Assembly (NCBI GenBank): GCA_023249645.1
Contig: JAHFCF010000002.1
Location: forward strand, 64,806-128,805
Origin: Elusimicrobiota bacterium
GTDB lineage: Bacteria; Elusimicrobiota; Elusimicrobia; UBA1565; UBA9628
DNA: 64,000 bases
Direction: 5' to 3'
Position 1 is the stretch's first letter. Each line of letters begins with the position of its first letter. Shown here piece after piece: positions 9,203 through 18,559 of this stretch. Made by a program: the position numbers and the translations under genes. The notes below the pieces were generated by a model. The model worked only from the letters and a program-made list of their open reading frames with translations, ran no database searches and had not been told where the DNA came from.

Positions 9203-9951
9203 CAGAACTCCTTGCGCCGAAACAGAGAGCGGCCCAGGACGAGCCACACGGCCGAGTAGAGCGCCGCGTACGCGAACCACCACCAGAGCGGCGCTTCCAA
9301 GGCCGCGCGGTCGCGCAGATTATAGAGCTGCAGGTCCGGCACGATCCAGGAAAGCGCGGCCAGCGGCGCTGCCGCAAGAACCGAGGCGCGCTGAACAAGG
9401 AACCGGATCTCCGGCAGGAAATGCCCCAGGGTCCAGCCCACGGCAGCGAGAACGCCGGCGGTGAGGGCTGAGGAAGAGAAGACGGCCAAAAAGGTCGCCA
9501 AGGCGGACGTCACGAACACCTTGAGGTAAGCCCCCAGGAAAGCCAGGGCATAAGGATCCGTCCAACGCCAGCCCTTGGCCGCCAGGATGGCCAGATGAAA
9601 GACGGCCATGAGGACCATGGAGGCCAGGACCGACAGCATCAAGCCCAGAAAACGGCCCAGAAGATATTCCCCGCGGCTGACCGGGCGAGTGAGGATCAGG
9701 TAGATGGTCTTGGTCTCCATCTCGTGCAGGATGATGGTGACGGCGCCGTAGAGGGCGCCGGCCAGGCCCATGAGCTCGATGAATCCGAGGCCGAAATCGT
9801 AGAGGACCCGGACCTCCTGCTCCACGGCCAGAACCCCCAGGAGCAGGCTCATATAAAGGAAGACGCCGGCAAAGGCCACGGACAGGAGGAAAAAACGGCT
9901 GCGCAGGTTCTCGCGCCAGCCGGTCAAAGCCAGAAGGAGGACGTTTTTCAT
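9202..9951 (-). CDS. ABC-2 type permease (PilI-like)
   Basis: About 6 TMs; EMETKTIYLILTRPVSRGEYLLGRFLG. Confidence 0.88.
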   Translation of the reverse strand: MKNVLLLALTGWRENLRSRFFLLSVAFAGVFLYMSLLLGVLAVEQEVRVLYDFGLGFIELMGLAGALYGAVTIILHEMETKTIYLILTRPVSRGEYLLGRFLGLMLSVLASMVLMAVFHLAILAAKGWRWTDPYALAFLGAYLKVFVTSALATFLAVFSSSALTAGVLAAVGWTLGHFLPEIRFLVQRASVLAAAPLAALSWIVPDLQLYNLRDRAALEAPLWWWFAYAALYSAVWLVLGRSLFRRKEF

Positions 9952-10667
9952 CGCACGGTCTCCACGAAGAGTCCTTCCAGGCCTTCCGGAGCGCTGTCCC
10001 ATTCCTTGTGCGGGATGAGGCGCGCCAGGCGCCCCTCTTTCAAGACGCCGACGCGGTCGCAGAGCTTCTCCACCTCGGAGATGCTGTGCGACGAGACGAC
10101 CAGGGTCTTGCCCTTCTCGCGCAGGGTGCCCAAGAGATCCCGGAACTCCTTGATGGCCAAGGGGTCGAGCCCGCTGACCGGCTCGTCGAGGATGATGAGG
10201 CGCGGGTCGTGCAGGATGGCCTGCGCCAAGCCCACGCGCTGGACCATGCCCTTGGAGAACTCTCCCAGGCGGCGGTCGCCCTGCGCCGAGAGCCCGACCA
10301 AGGAGAGCACCTCCTCGATGCGCGCGGCCATGGCCTGCTCAGGCAGACCCGAGAGCCGTCCGTAGAAGCGCAAGGACTCGCGCGGGGTGAGGAAGGAGTA
10401 GAAGCAGGGAAGTTCCGGCAGAAAACCCACCTGCGAGAGGTCCGGCACGCGCACATCCCCCGAGGTCGCCCTCAGGAGTCCCAAAGCCAGCTTGAAGGTC
10501 GTGGTCTTGCCGCTGCCGTTCAAGCCGAGAAGCCCGAAAGATTCGCCTTCGGGGATCGAGAGCGACAGATCGACGATGCCGCGGCTGTATGTCGTGCGGC
10601 CCAGATGCGAGCGGGAATAGGTCTTGGTGACTTTCGAGAATTCAAGGCTGAACGGCTTCTCACTCAT
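9948..10667 (-). CDS. ABC transporter ATP-binding protein (PilH-like)
   Basis: GLNGSGKTT, FSKGMVQR, IILDEP, SSH. Confidence 0.95.
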   Translation of the reverse strand: MSEKPFSLEFSKVTKTYSRSHLGRTTYSRGIVDLSLSIPEGESFGLLGLNGSGKTTTFKLALGLLRATSGDVRVPDLSQVGFLPELPCFYSFLTPRESLRFYGRLSGLPEQAMAARIEEVLSLVGLSAQGDRRLGEFSKGMVQRVGLAQAILHDPRLIILDEPVSGLDPLAIKEFRDLLGTLREKGKTLVVSSHSISEVEKLCDRVGVLKEGRLARLIPHKEWDSAPEGLEGLFVETVR

Positions 10668-13008
10668 GGGCAGTGATCGGTTCCTTGGTCCTGGAAGGGA
10701 CCAAAGCCAGCTTGAGGACCTGGTCGAAATGCTCGACAGGCACCATCTTCAAAGCCTTGAGCACATCCTCCGGGATGTCCTCGAGGTCCTTGCGGTTGCC
10801 TTCCGGATAGATGACGGTCCTGATGCCGTCGCGATGCGCGGCCAGGACCTTCTCCTTCAACCCGCCGATGGGCAGCACGCGGCCGCGCAAGGTCATCTCG
10901 CCGGTCATGGCCACGGAGCCGGCGACGGCCCGTCCGCTGATCAGGCTGGCCAAAGCCGAGGCGATGGCGATCCCCGCGGAGGGACCATCCTTGGGCGTGG
11001 CGCCGTCCGGGACATGGACGTGGAAGTCCATGTCCTTGAAGGTTTCCAAGGATCCGCCGATAGTTTTTGAGACGGATTTTACGTAGGAGAAGGCGGCCTG
11101 GGCCGACTCGGTCATGACTGAGCCGAGCTTGCCCGTGAGCTTGAGCTCGCCCTTGCCTGGCACGGTCACGGCCTCCACCGCCATGGTGATGCCGCCCACC
11201 TCGGTCCAGGCCAGGCCCGTGGAGACTCCCACGGCATTGTGCGTGCGGCGGTCATGGTGGAACTTGGGGATCCCCAGGAATTCGGGGAGGTTCTTCGCGT
11301 CCACGCGGATCGCCGCTGCCTCTCCTGAAGCGAAGCGCTTGGCCGCCTTGCGGGCCAAAGAAGCCATCTCGCGGTCGAGGTTCCTCACGCCGGCCTCGCT
11401 CGTGTAATCGTCGATGGCGCGCTCGACCGCCCCGTCGTTGACCTTCAGACGCCCGGGCTCGATGCCGTGCTCCTTCAACTGCTTGGGCAAAAGATAGGTC
11501 TTGGCGATGAGGAGCTTTTCTCTGTGCGTGTAGCCGGAGAAGCGCAGGATCTCCAGGCGGTCCTGGAGGCTCACGGGGATGCCTTCCAAGGTATTGGCCG
11601 TGCAGACGAACATGACCTGGGAGAGGTCGAACTCCACGTCGAGATAGTGGTCGACGAAGGTGTTGTTCTGCTCCGGATCGAGCACTTCCAGAAGCGCCGC
11701 GGCCGGGTCTCAGCGCCAGTCCGTACCCATCTTGTCCACCTCGTCGGGCAGAAAGAGCGGATTCTTGCTGCCCGCCTGTCGCAATGACTGGATGATGCGG
11801 CCGGGCAAGGAGCCGATGTAGGTGCGGCGATGACCCCGGATCTCCGCCTCATCCCGCACGCCGCCCAACGAAAGGCGGACGAACTTGCGGTCCATGGCGC
11901 GCGCGATCGACTTGCCCATGGAGGTCTTGCCGACTCCCGGGGGGCCCACGAAGCAGAGGATGGGGCCGCGCAGGCCCTTGGTCAGACTGCAGACGGCCAG
12001 ATGCTCCAGGACGCGCTCCTTGATCTTTTTTAAGTCATAGTGGTCCGCTTCTAGGATCTCCTCAGCGCGCGCAATCTCGAGGTTGTCGCGCGTCTTCTTG
12101 GACCAGGGCACGCGGACCATCCAATCGAGATACGTGCGCGCCACCGTCGCCTCGGGAGAGTAGGGCATCATCTTCTCCAGGCGCCCCACTTCCTTCAAAG
12201 AAGCTTGCAGAGCCTCGTCCGGCATGCCCGCCTCGGCCACGGCCTTCTTCAGGTCTTCGATCTCCTGGGCGAAGTCGTCCTTCTTTTGGAGCTCCTTCTG
12301 GATGGCCTTCATCTGCTCCGTCAGGTAGTACTCCTTCTGGGACTTCTCCATCTGCGTCTTGACGCGGGCGTGGATCTTGCGCTCGACATTGAGCATCTCG
12401 ATGTCGGCTTTGAGAAGTTCGAGGAGCTTGAGCAGCCGCTCGGAAGGCCGCAGGATCTCCAAGAGGGTCTGACGCTCCGCGTTCTTGGCCACCGCATGAG
12501 CGGAGACGGCGTCGGCCAGCTGGGCCGGATTCTCGATGCGGGCAAAGACGCCCAGGGCGTCCGCCCCGCCGCGCCCGGAGAGCTTGAAATGCTCTTCCGC
12601 AGACTCGAGGATGCGGCGCATCAGGGCCTTGATCTCCGGCGTGACCGGCTCAGCGACTTCCGGATAATCCAGGTCCGCCTGCCAATAGCCGAGTTCCTGA
12701 GAAAAACGCAAAGCCGTGACCTGTGCCCGACAGAGGCCCTGCAAAAAGACCTTGAGCGTGCCGTCGGGCATCTTGAGATATTGGACGACCTCGCACAGCA
12801 CGCCCAGAGAGAAAAGGTCCTTCTCAGCCGGGTCCTCGATGGCCACGTCCCGCTGGGCCACCACGCCTAAAAGTTTTCCGCAAACCATAGCCGCTTCCAG
12901 GGCCTTGATGGACTTGGGCCTGCCCACGGACAGCGGCAGGACCATCTCAGGGAAGACCACCAGGTCACGGACCGCCAAGAGCGGCAGGGTCTTCGGGCGT
13001 TGGCTCAT
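10660..13008 (-). pseudogene. lon: Lon protease interrupted by in-frame TGA at 11710-11712 (real lesion or sequence error)
   Basis: ORFs 11710-13008 and 10660-11685 are in one frame (783 codons); read-through [26 protein letters not shown] matches Lon D(F/W)RGDP; GPPGVGKTS, catalytic DGPSAG and GGLKEK intact. Confidence 0.85.
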
Positions 13009-14297
13009 GACTTGGCCGCCGGGACCAACGCCTCCGTGATGGACGCCTTGGACAGCATCCAGGTGTGGGTCTTGCGGTCGCGCAGCATGGACTTGACCTC
13101 GGGCCGCCGTTGCGTGAACATCTTGCGCATATTCTCCTTCTCCTCATCCGAAGGCGTGGCGGCCAGAGCGGCCTGGAGTTCCGCCTCGATCTCCGCGTCC
13201 GTCACCTCCAGCTTCTCGCGCGCGGCGATCGCCGGAAGGAGGAAAGAGATGCGCACGCGGTCCTCGGCCTGCCCCTTGATCTTGGCCTTGAGCTCCTCGA
13301 CCTGCTTGGCTGAGAACTCGCCGCGATGGCCCAGGAGCTGGCTCTTGAGGCGCTCCATCATGTGTTCGAGTTCGGCCTCGGCCAAAGAAGGGGGAACGGG
13401 GATCGGATTGGCCTTCAGAAGGCCGGCCTCCAGCTGCTCGGAGAGCTCGCGCTCGGTCTTGGCCTTGCCCTCCTGGCCGATGATCTCCCGCAATTTGGCC
13501 TTGAGCTCATCGAGGCCGGGCAGTCCCATGTCCTTGGCGAAATCAGCGTCCAGGGGCGGCAGGATCTTGGTCTTGATCTCCTTGAGAGAGACGCAGAGCT
13601 GGGTATCCTGACCGTTGAACTTGACCGTGATCGCCTTGGTCTCGTCGCGCTTCATGCCGAGCAATCCCTCGACTAAGCCGGGCACGGTCTGCTGGGAGGA
13701 CATATCCACGAGCTCGTTGACTCCTTTGTCCTTGGGATGGGGCTTGCCGTCCTTCACGGCCGCGTAGTCGATGACGACATAGTGGGTCTTGCCGACGGTC
13801 TCTTGCGCGGCGCGCTCCAAGCGCGCGTGAGCCTCGCGCAATTCCTCCAGGCGCGCGGCCAGGGCCTCGTCCGTCGCCGGGTAGGCACGACGCTCGAGCT
13901 TGATGCCGGTATAATTCTTCGGCGCCACGCGCGGGGGGACTTCCACGCGCACTTCAAAATGCAGGGGCTTGCCCGCCGGAGCCTCGACCTTCGTCACGCT
14001 GGGCGTGGCGACAGGGTTCAGGTTCAGCTCGCGCAACGCCTCGGGCACGTGCTTGTGCATGAAATGCTCGAGGACCTCTTCCTTGAGATGCTCGCCGAAC
14101 TGCTGGCGCACGAAATCCAAGGGCGCCTTGCCCGGCCTGAAACCGGGGAGCCGCGCGCGCTGCTGGAAACGCACCAGGGAGTTCTGCGTCTCAGACTCCA
14201 CATGGGCCGCGGGCACCTCCACGGAAAAGAGGGCCTCGCAGGCGTCCTCCTTGACGATCTTGAAGCGGACCTTGTCCGACGCCGAGAAGATTCCCAT
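13005..14297 (-). CDS. tig: Trigger factor
   Basis: Ribosome-binding signature LPGFRPGKAP, FKBP-like middle domain; AGGAGG before ATG 14297. Confidence 0.93.
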   Translation of the reverse strand: MGIFSASDKVRFKIVKEDACEALFSVEVPAAHVESETQNSLVRFQQRARLPGFRPGKAPLDFVRQQFGEHLKEEVLEHFMHKHVPEALRELNLNPVATPSVTKVEAPAGKPLHFEVRVEVPPRVAPKNYTGIKLERRAYPATDEALAARLEELREAHARLERAAQETVGKTHYVVIDYAAVKDGKPHPKDKGVNELVDMSSQQTVPGLVEGLLGMKRDETKAITVKFNGQDTQLCVSLKEIKTKILPPLDADFAKDMGLPGLDELKAKLREIIGQEGKAKTERELSEQLEAGLLKANPIPVPPSLAEAELEHMMERLKSQLLGHRGEFSAKQVEELKAKIKGQAEDRVRISFLLPAIAAREKLEVTDAEIEAELQAALAATPSDEEKENMRKMFTQRRPEVKSMLRDRKTHTWMLSKASITEALVPAAKS

Positions 14298-14314
14298 GAC
14301 GCCTCCTGAGCGAG

Positions 14315-14396
14315 TGGGCGGGGGGGGATTCGAACCCCCAAGCCTCGCGGCACACGGTCCTAAGCCGTGCGCGTCTGCCAGTTCCGCCACCCGCCC
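14315..14396 (-). tRNA. tRNA-Leu (TAG)
   Basis: GGGCGGG/CCCGCCC acceptor, CACGG-CTTAGGA-CCGTG anticodon arm, long variable arm, GGTTCGAATCC; CCA not encoded. Confidence 0.95.
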
Positions 14397-14450
14397 TAAA
14401 AAATCAGGACCGAGCGCTCCGCCCAGTCCCGGGTGCGACGAGTGAAAAAT

Positions 14451-14522
14451 TGGGCCATATAGGACTCGAACCTATAACCTTATCCTTAAGAGGGATCTGC
14501 TCTACCATTGAGCTAATGGCCC
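14451..14522 (-). tRNA. tRNA-Lys (CTT)
   Basis: GGGCCAT/ATGGCCC acceptor, TAGCTCAATGGTAGAGC D arm, CTCTTAA loop, ATAGG-TTCGAGT-CCTAT T arm. Confidence 0.93.
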
Positions 14523-14530
14523 TGGCAGGG

Positions 14531-14595
14531 ATTATACAAAGAAGACAATCTGTTAACAACTTTGTCATTGATTTTTCCCCGGGTGGTGTTATACT
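14531..14595. promoter_or_regulatory. Back-to-back sigma70-like promoters (tRNA pair on -, gene 14634 on +)
   Basis: Minus: TTGTTA-17-TATAAT (14559-14531). Plus: TTGATT-16-TATACT with TGn extension (14568-14595). Confidence 0.6.
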
Positions 14596-14633
14596 TAACA
14601 GGAATTGAAAATCCCTCTCCAGGATGACAACCT

Positions 14634-16106
14634 ATGAAATACTGGATCTTCCAAAACAACCAAGTCTGCGGCCCCTACGAGCCCGAGGAATTGGCCCGCC
14701 TGCCCGGCTACTCCGCGGAAAGCCTCGTCTGCCCGGAAGGCCGCAAAGGCACCAGCATGGGCGATTGGCAGCGCTCCAGCCTCATTCCCGATCTGGCCCC
14801 CGCCGCCGCCCAGAAAGCGGCGCAGACCGCCGAGTTCTCCGTCAAGGAGTTGGCGCTCCTCCATTCTCTTCAAGAAAAGGTCGCGCTCCTGGAGAACACG
14901 GCGCTGCGCCTGCAGGAAAGCCTCAGAGCCAAGGAAGACGAGCTCTTGGGACTGCGCCGGGAGCTCGACTCGCGGCAAGCCGTCGCGGCCGACCTTCAGG
15001 CCAAGATCCAAGGGCTCGAGGAGCGCCTGAACTCCATGGCGCAGCTGCGCGAGACCGTGGATGTCGCCGTGGCCGCGGAGAAGCACGTGGAATCCGAGGT
15101 CAAGGAACTCGAGGGCAATCTGGAAGAGCAGCGCCGCACCATCACCGGCCTCATCCTCAAGATCGAGGAGTCCCAGGCGGCTGCAGCTCCCGCAGAAGCT
15201 CCTGCCCCGGAGCCTCTGGCCGCTCCCGAACCGGCCGCCAAGGAACTCCCCCCGATCGTGGTCGTCGCTCAGCCCCAGGTGCAACCGCCGTCCTTGTTAG
15301 ACACCCCGTCCCAGCCGGCGCCGGAACCCCCGCCGATCCCTGAACAGAAAGCCGTTCTAGAAGCCGCGTCGATGCTGATGCCGCAGCCTCAAGCCGCGCA
15401 GGATATTGCTCCCGAACAAACCGCCCAAGAACCCCCGCCGCTCCTGATGCCGGAGCAGCCCACGCCGCCCTCCGCTCCGACCTTGTCGAGCAAGCCCAAA
15501 TCGCACAAAAAGGCTTGGATCCTCGCCGCGGCCGCCTTCGGCGGCGTCGGCCTCCTCGCGCTCATCTTCCTCGGAAAACCAAGCCAGCCGCCCGCGCCCT
15601 TGACGCCCCAGGAGCCGTCGGCGCCAGTCCAGCCCGTTGCCCAGGCTTCCGCGCCCGCGGTGCCGCAAGCGCCTCAGGCGCCGTCTCCAGAAGCCCAGTT
15701 GGAGGAGCTCAAGCATCAGGCGATCGCCCTGGTCCAATCCTGGCCGACATTCGACCAATCCACCAGCGTGGGCCAGCGCTTGGAGCCGCAAGCTCCCGCG
15801 GAGGGCAATCTCTCTCCCTGGATGGCGGAAAAACTCAAGGAGGATTCCTTCCTGGTGAATTTCTACGGGAAGAAATCCGAGGACGGCCAGCAGGTCGTCT
15901 ACTCTTTCGTGGCCGGCCTGGGAGACAAGAGCGTCTCGCCGCGCAATGACGCGGCCAAGGTCCTCCTGATGGGAGAGCCGGCGCGGGCCAAGCCTAAGAA
16001 GGTCCGCATCGCGAGGAAGAAGGCTAAAAAGGCGCCTGCGCCCAAACCGGCCGAGCCGCCTGCGCAAAAAACTGACGAGCAGCTCGATAAACTGCTCAAT
16101 CCTTAA
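14634..16106 (+). CDS. GYF_2/DUF4339-like membrane protein with coiled coil and Pro-rich linker
   Basis: MKYWIFQNNQVCGPYEPEEL...W N-terminus, heptad region, Pro/Ala/Glu-rich spacer, one TM (WILAAAAFGGVGLLALIFL), C-terminal domain. Confidence 0.75.
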   Translation: MKYWIFQNNQVCGPYEPEELARLPGYSAESLVCPEGRKGTSMGDWQRSSLIPDLAPAAAQKAAQTAEFSVKELALLHSLQEKVALLENTALRLQESLRAKEDELLGLRRELDSRQAVAADLQAKIQGLEERLNSMAQLRETVDVAVAAEKHVESEVKELEGNLEEQRRTITGLILKIEESQAAAAPAEAPAPEPLAAPEPAAKELPPIVVVAQPQVQPPSLLDTPSQPAPEPPPIPEQKAVLEAASMLMPQPQAAQDIAPEQTAQEPPPLLMPEQPTPPSAPTLSSKPKSHKKAWILAAAAFGGVGLLALIFLGKPSQPPAPLTPQEPSAPVQPVAQASAPAVPQAPQAPSPEAQLEELKHQAIALVQSWPTFDQSTSVGQRLEPQAPAEGNLSPWMAEKLKEDSFLVNFYGKKSEDGQQVVYSFVAGLGDKSVSPRNDAAKVLLMGEPARAKPKKVRIARKKAKKAPAPKPAEPPAQKTDEQLDKLLNP

Positions 16107-16155
16107 GACGCCTTCCCATCCAGCCGCAAAAGTGATAGATTCTCGACCACAGGGC

Positions 16156-16539
16156 ATGGAATTTCTATTAAGGATCTGCACCCGGCACCGCCTGGCCATC
16201 GCCGCGATCGTCATCGGGTCTCTTTACGGCGCTGCCCTCCTACAATCCTACCCGCGCCAGTGGGTTGGCCACTGGCGCTATCCTCCGCAGAAAGGCTTGA
16301 GCGCCGGCGGCGCGGAGATCCTGCAGCTTCAGGAACAAAGAGACTCCGCCCGGCTCCTGCGGCGCCATGCGCGGATCAGGGCGCTGCTCGCCCAGGCCTG
16401 GGCTGAAGGCTTCGATGTCGACGCCCTGCAACGCAAGGCGGATGTGGCCCTGAGCCTCAATGACGAGAGCCATCGTGCCCAAGCGGTCAAGATGCTCATG
16501 GAAGTGGAGATGAGCATCCCGCGCGCGAAACAACGATGA
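16156..16539 (+). CDS. Hypothetical membrane-anchored protein
   Basis: N-terminal TM, helical C-terminus; ATGA overlap with the next gene. Confidence 0.65.
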   Translation: MEFLLRICTRHRLAIAAIVIGSLYGAALLQSYPRQWVGHWRYPPQKGLSAGGAEILQLQEQRDSARLLRRHARIRALLAQAWAEGFDVDALQRKADVALSLNDESHRAQAVKMLMEVEMSIPRAKQR

Positions 16540-18554
16540 CGAAAAAATACCTTCTCCTCCTGGCCGCGGCCTGGTCCTCATCCTCCCCGGGATTCTGCGC
16601 TGCGAAAGGCATCCTCGATCCGCAGAATGCGGCGGCGCCGGCATGGCAGCAGACGGCCTCGACCGACTCCGCCGCCGACCAGGCGCTCATCCAGCGCGAC
16701 CTCGGCCGTCTCGACGAAAGCCTCTCTCTTTGGAAGCAGGAGAAGGCTCCCGACGGATTCTCCCTCAACCAGCAGGGATGGGCTTGGCTGTCGCTGAGAC
16801 GCTATGCCGAGGCGCGCGAGGCTTTCCTGAAAGCCGCGGAGAGGTCCGCGACGAGCGCGGATCAAGCCGAAGCCGGCCTCGGACTGGGCTTGGCCGCGCG
16901 TCTGAGCGGCGCTCATGCCTCCGAGGGCCTCGCCCATCTGCGCCAGGCCATGGTCCAAAGCCCTTCCTTGATGGCGGCGGTCTCCTACGAGATGGCCAAG
17001 GCTTCCGAGCGGGCTGATGACTCGAATGCGGCCGCCGCCTATTTTCAGCAATGTTCTCATCTCGATGCTCTCGATCTCGAATGCCTCAAAGAAGCCTATG
17101 CCTTTTATGCCCGCGCCGGGATGCAACGCGCCGCCTGGCAGACGGCCCTGCGCGTGGCGGCCTTGGACCCCGAGGACGGCGCCGCGGCGCGCCTGCTCAC
17201 CCAGCTCGCCAAGAAGATGCCCGGCGGCTTGGAAGCCTCGCGGCCGCTCAGGCGTCTGACCCGGCCGGTCCTGCCGGAGAAGCCGTCCGCTGGCGAAGAG
17301 GCGCCGCCCTCTGCCGCCATCCGCGTGGCGCTCTTTTCCGACGCCGACGGCAGGCCCGCCGCTCTCGCCAGGATCCAGTTCATCGCCAACTCCGGATTCA
17401 AGGCCTTCGACATCTCCGGCGCCGCGCTCGTCGATGAAACCCAGGGGGGATCGCTCTGGGAGATCGCCTTCAGGGACGGCGCGCTCGAGCTGCGCGATCC
17501 CTCGCGCAACATCCGCCATTCGACCCGGCGCGGGCTGCGCCTGGTCCCCGGAGGACGGCAGGGATCGATCCTGCTCAAAGGCGCCTCCCTATCCCAGGCG
17601 GCTCTCGTGGACGCGGGAGACCGGGAAGTGCGCGGAGCCGTCGAGGCCCTGCCCGCGGCCGGCGGGATCCGGCTGGTCAATGAACTGGGGATCGAGGAAT
17701 ACCTCTACGGCGTCGTCTCCATCGCCTTTCCGCATGGCGCCGGCCTGGAGGCCTACAAGGCCCAGGCCGTAGTCTCGCGCACCCGGGCCCTGTGGGAGAA
17801 GGCGCACCATGGCGAGAATCCCGAGAAGACCGACACCTGCGACTCGGAGGCCTGCCAAAAATATCTCGGCGTCAGCGAGGAGATGCGCGAGGCGGCCCTG
17901 GCCGTGCGCACCGTGACCGGGGTCTTCCTCGCCAGCGACGGCGCGCCCGCCTTCATGCTCCAGCATGAGGACTGCGGGGGCAGGACCGAGGACGGACGCG
18001 AAGCGTTCGGCCCTCTCGCGGCGGACCTGGTCTCTGTTTTCGATGCGAAGGATCCCCAGCCGCTGCCGCGCTCTCCCCGGGGGCTCGAGCGCTGGACCCA
18101 CGAGGCGCCTCCCCCAGGGGGCTATGACGAGGCCGGCGGCTTGAGCAGTCCCTCTCAATCGCGCTGGATGCGCCTTCTGCCGGCCGCGGACCTGGCCGCT
18201 CGCGCCGAACGCATCCATCCCATCGGCGCTTTGAAAAGCCTGCGCGCCGCCCAACGCACCTCCACGGGCCGGATCCTGTCCCTGGAAGTGTCCGGCTCCA
18301 AGGACCGCTTCGTGCTGGAGGGGGAAAAGGCTGTCGTCAGTTTCCTGTCTCCGGGCTCGCTGCGCTCGACCCTCTTCACGATCCAGCCACTCATGGGGAG
18401 AGGCAAGCCGAGCTACTTCATCCTCTGGGGCGCGGGCACGGGCCATGGCATCGGTTTTTGCCGCGCCGGCGCTCTCGGGCAAGCCAAGCTGGGAAGAACC
18501 TGGGAAGAGATCCTCGCTCATGACTTCCCGAAATTGAAGATATCCAAACCCTGA
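16536..18554 (+). CDS. TPR + SpoIID/LytB domain protein (putative lytic transglycosylase)
   Basis: Signal peptide, TPR-like repeats, VNELGIEEYLYGVV, EAYKAQAVVSRT, CDSEACQKY, LRSTLF, GTGHGIGFC. Confidence 0.88.
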   Translation: MTKKYLLLLAAAWSSSSPGFCAAKGILDPQNAAAPAWQQTASTDSAADQALIQRDLGRLDESLSLWKQEKAPDGFSLNQQGWAWLSLRRYAEAREAFLKAAERSATSADQAEAGLGLGLAARLSGAHASEGLAHLRQAMVQSPSLMAAVSYEMAKASERADDSNAAAAYFQQCSHLDALDLECLKEAYAFYARAGMQRAAWQTALRVAALDPEDGAAARLLTQLAKKMPGGLEASRPLRRLTRPVLPEKPSAGEEAPPSAAIRVALFSDADGRPAALARIQFIANSGFKAFDISGAALVDETQGGSLWEIAFRDGALELRDPSRNIRHSTRRGLRLVPGGRQGSILLKGASLSQAALVDAGDREVRGAVEALPAAGGIRLVNELGIEEYLYGVVSIAFPHGAGLEAYKAQAVVSRTRALWEKAHHGENPEKTDTCDSEACQKYLGVSEEMREAALAVRTVTGVFLASDGAPAFMLQHEDCGGRTEDGREAFGPLAADLVSVFDAKDPQPLPRSPRGLERWTHEAPPPGGYDEAGGLSSPSQSRWMRLLPAADLAARAERIHPIGALKSLRAAQRTSTGRILSLEVSGSKDRFVLEGEKAVVSFLSPGSLRSTLFTIQPLMGRGKPSYFILWGAGTGHGIGFCRAGALGQAKLGRTWEEILAHDFPKLKISKP

Positions 18555-18559
18555 ATCCC

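Noticed and set aside
11710-11712. UGA=Gly recoding (genetic code 25) or selenocysteine as the explanation for the lon TGA
   Set aside because: Many conserved genes here end at TGA in the expected place (tig, nuoA, nuoD, nuoK, truB, rbfA, purA), no other internal TGA was seen, and the position is Gly rather than Cys.
14298-14390. N-terminal extension of trigger factor in the ORF track
   Set aside because: It runs through tRNA-Leu; a good RBS precedes ATG 14297.
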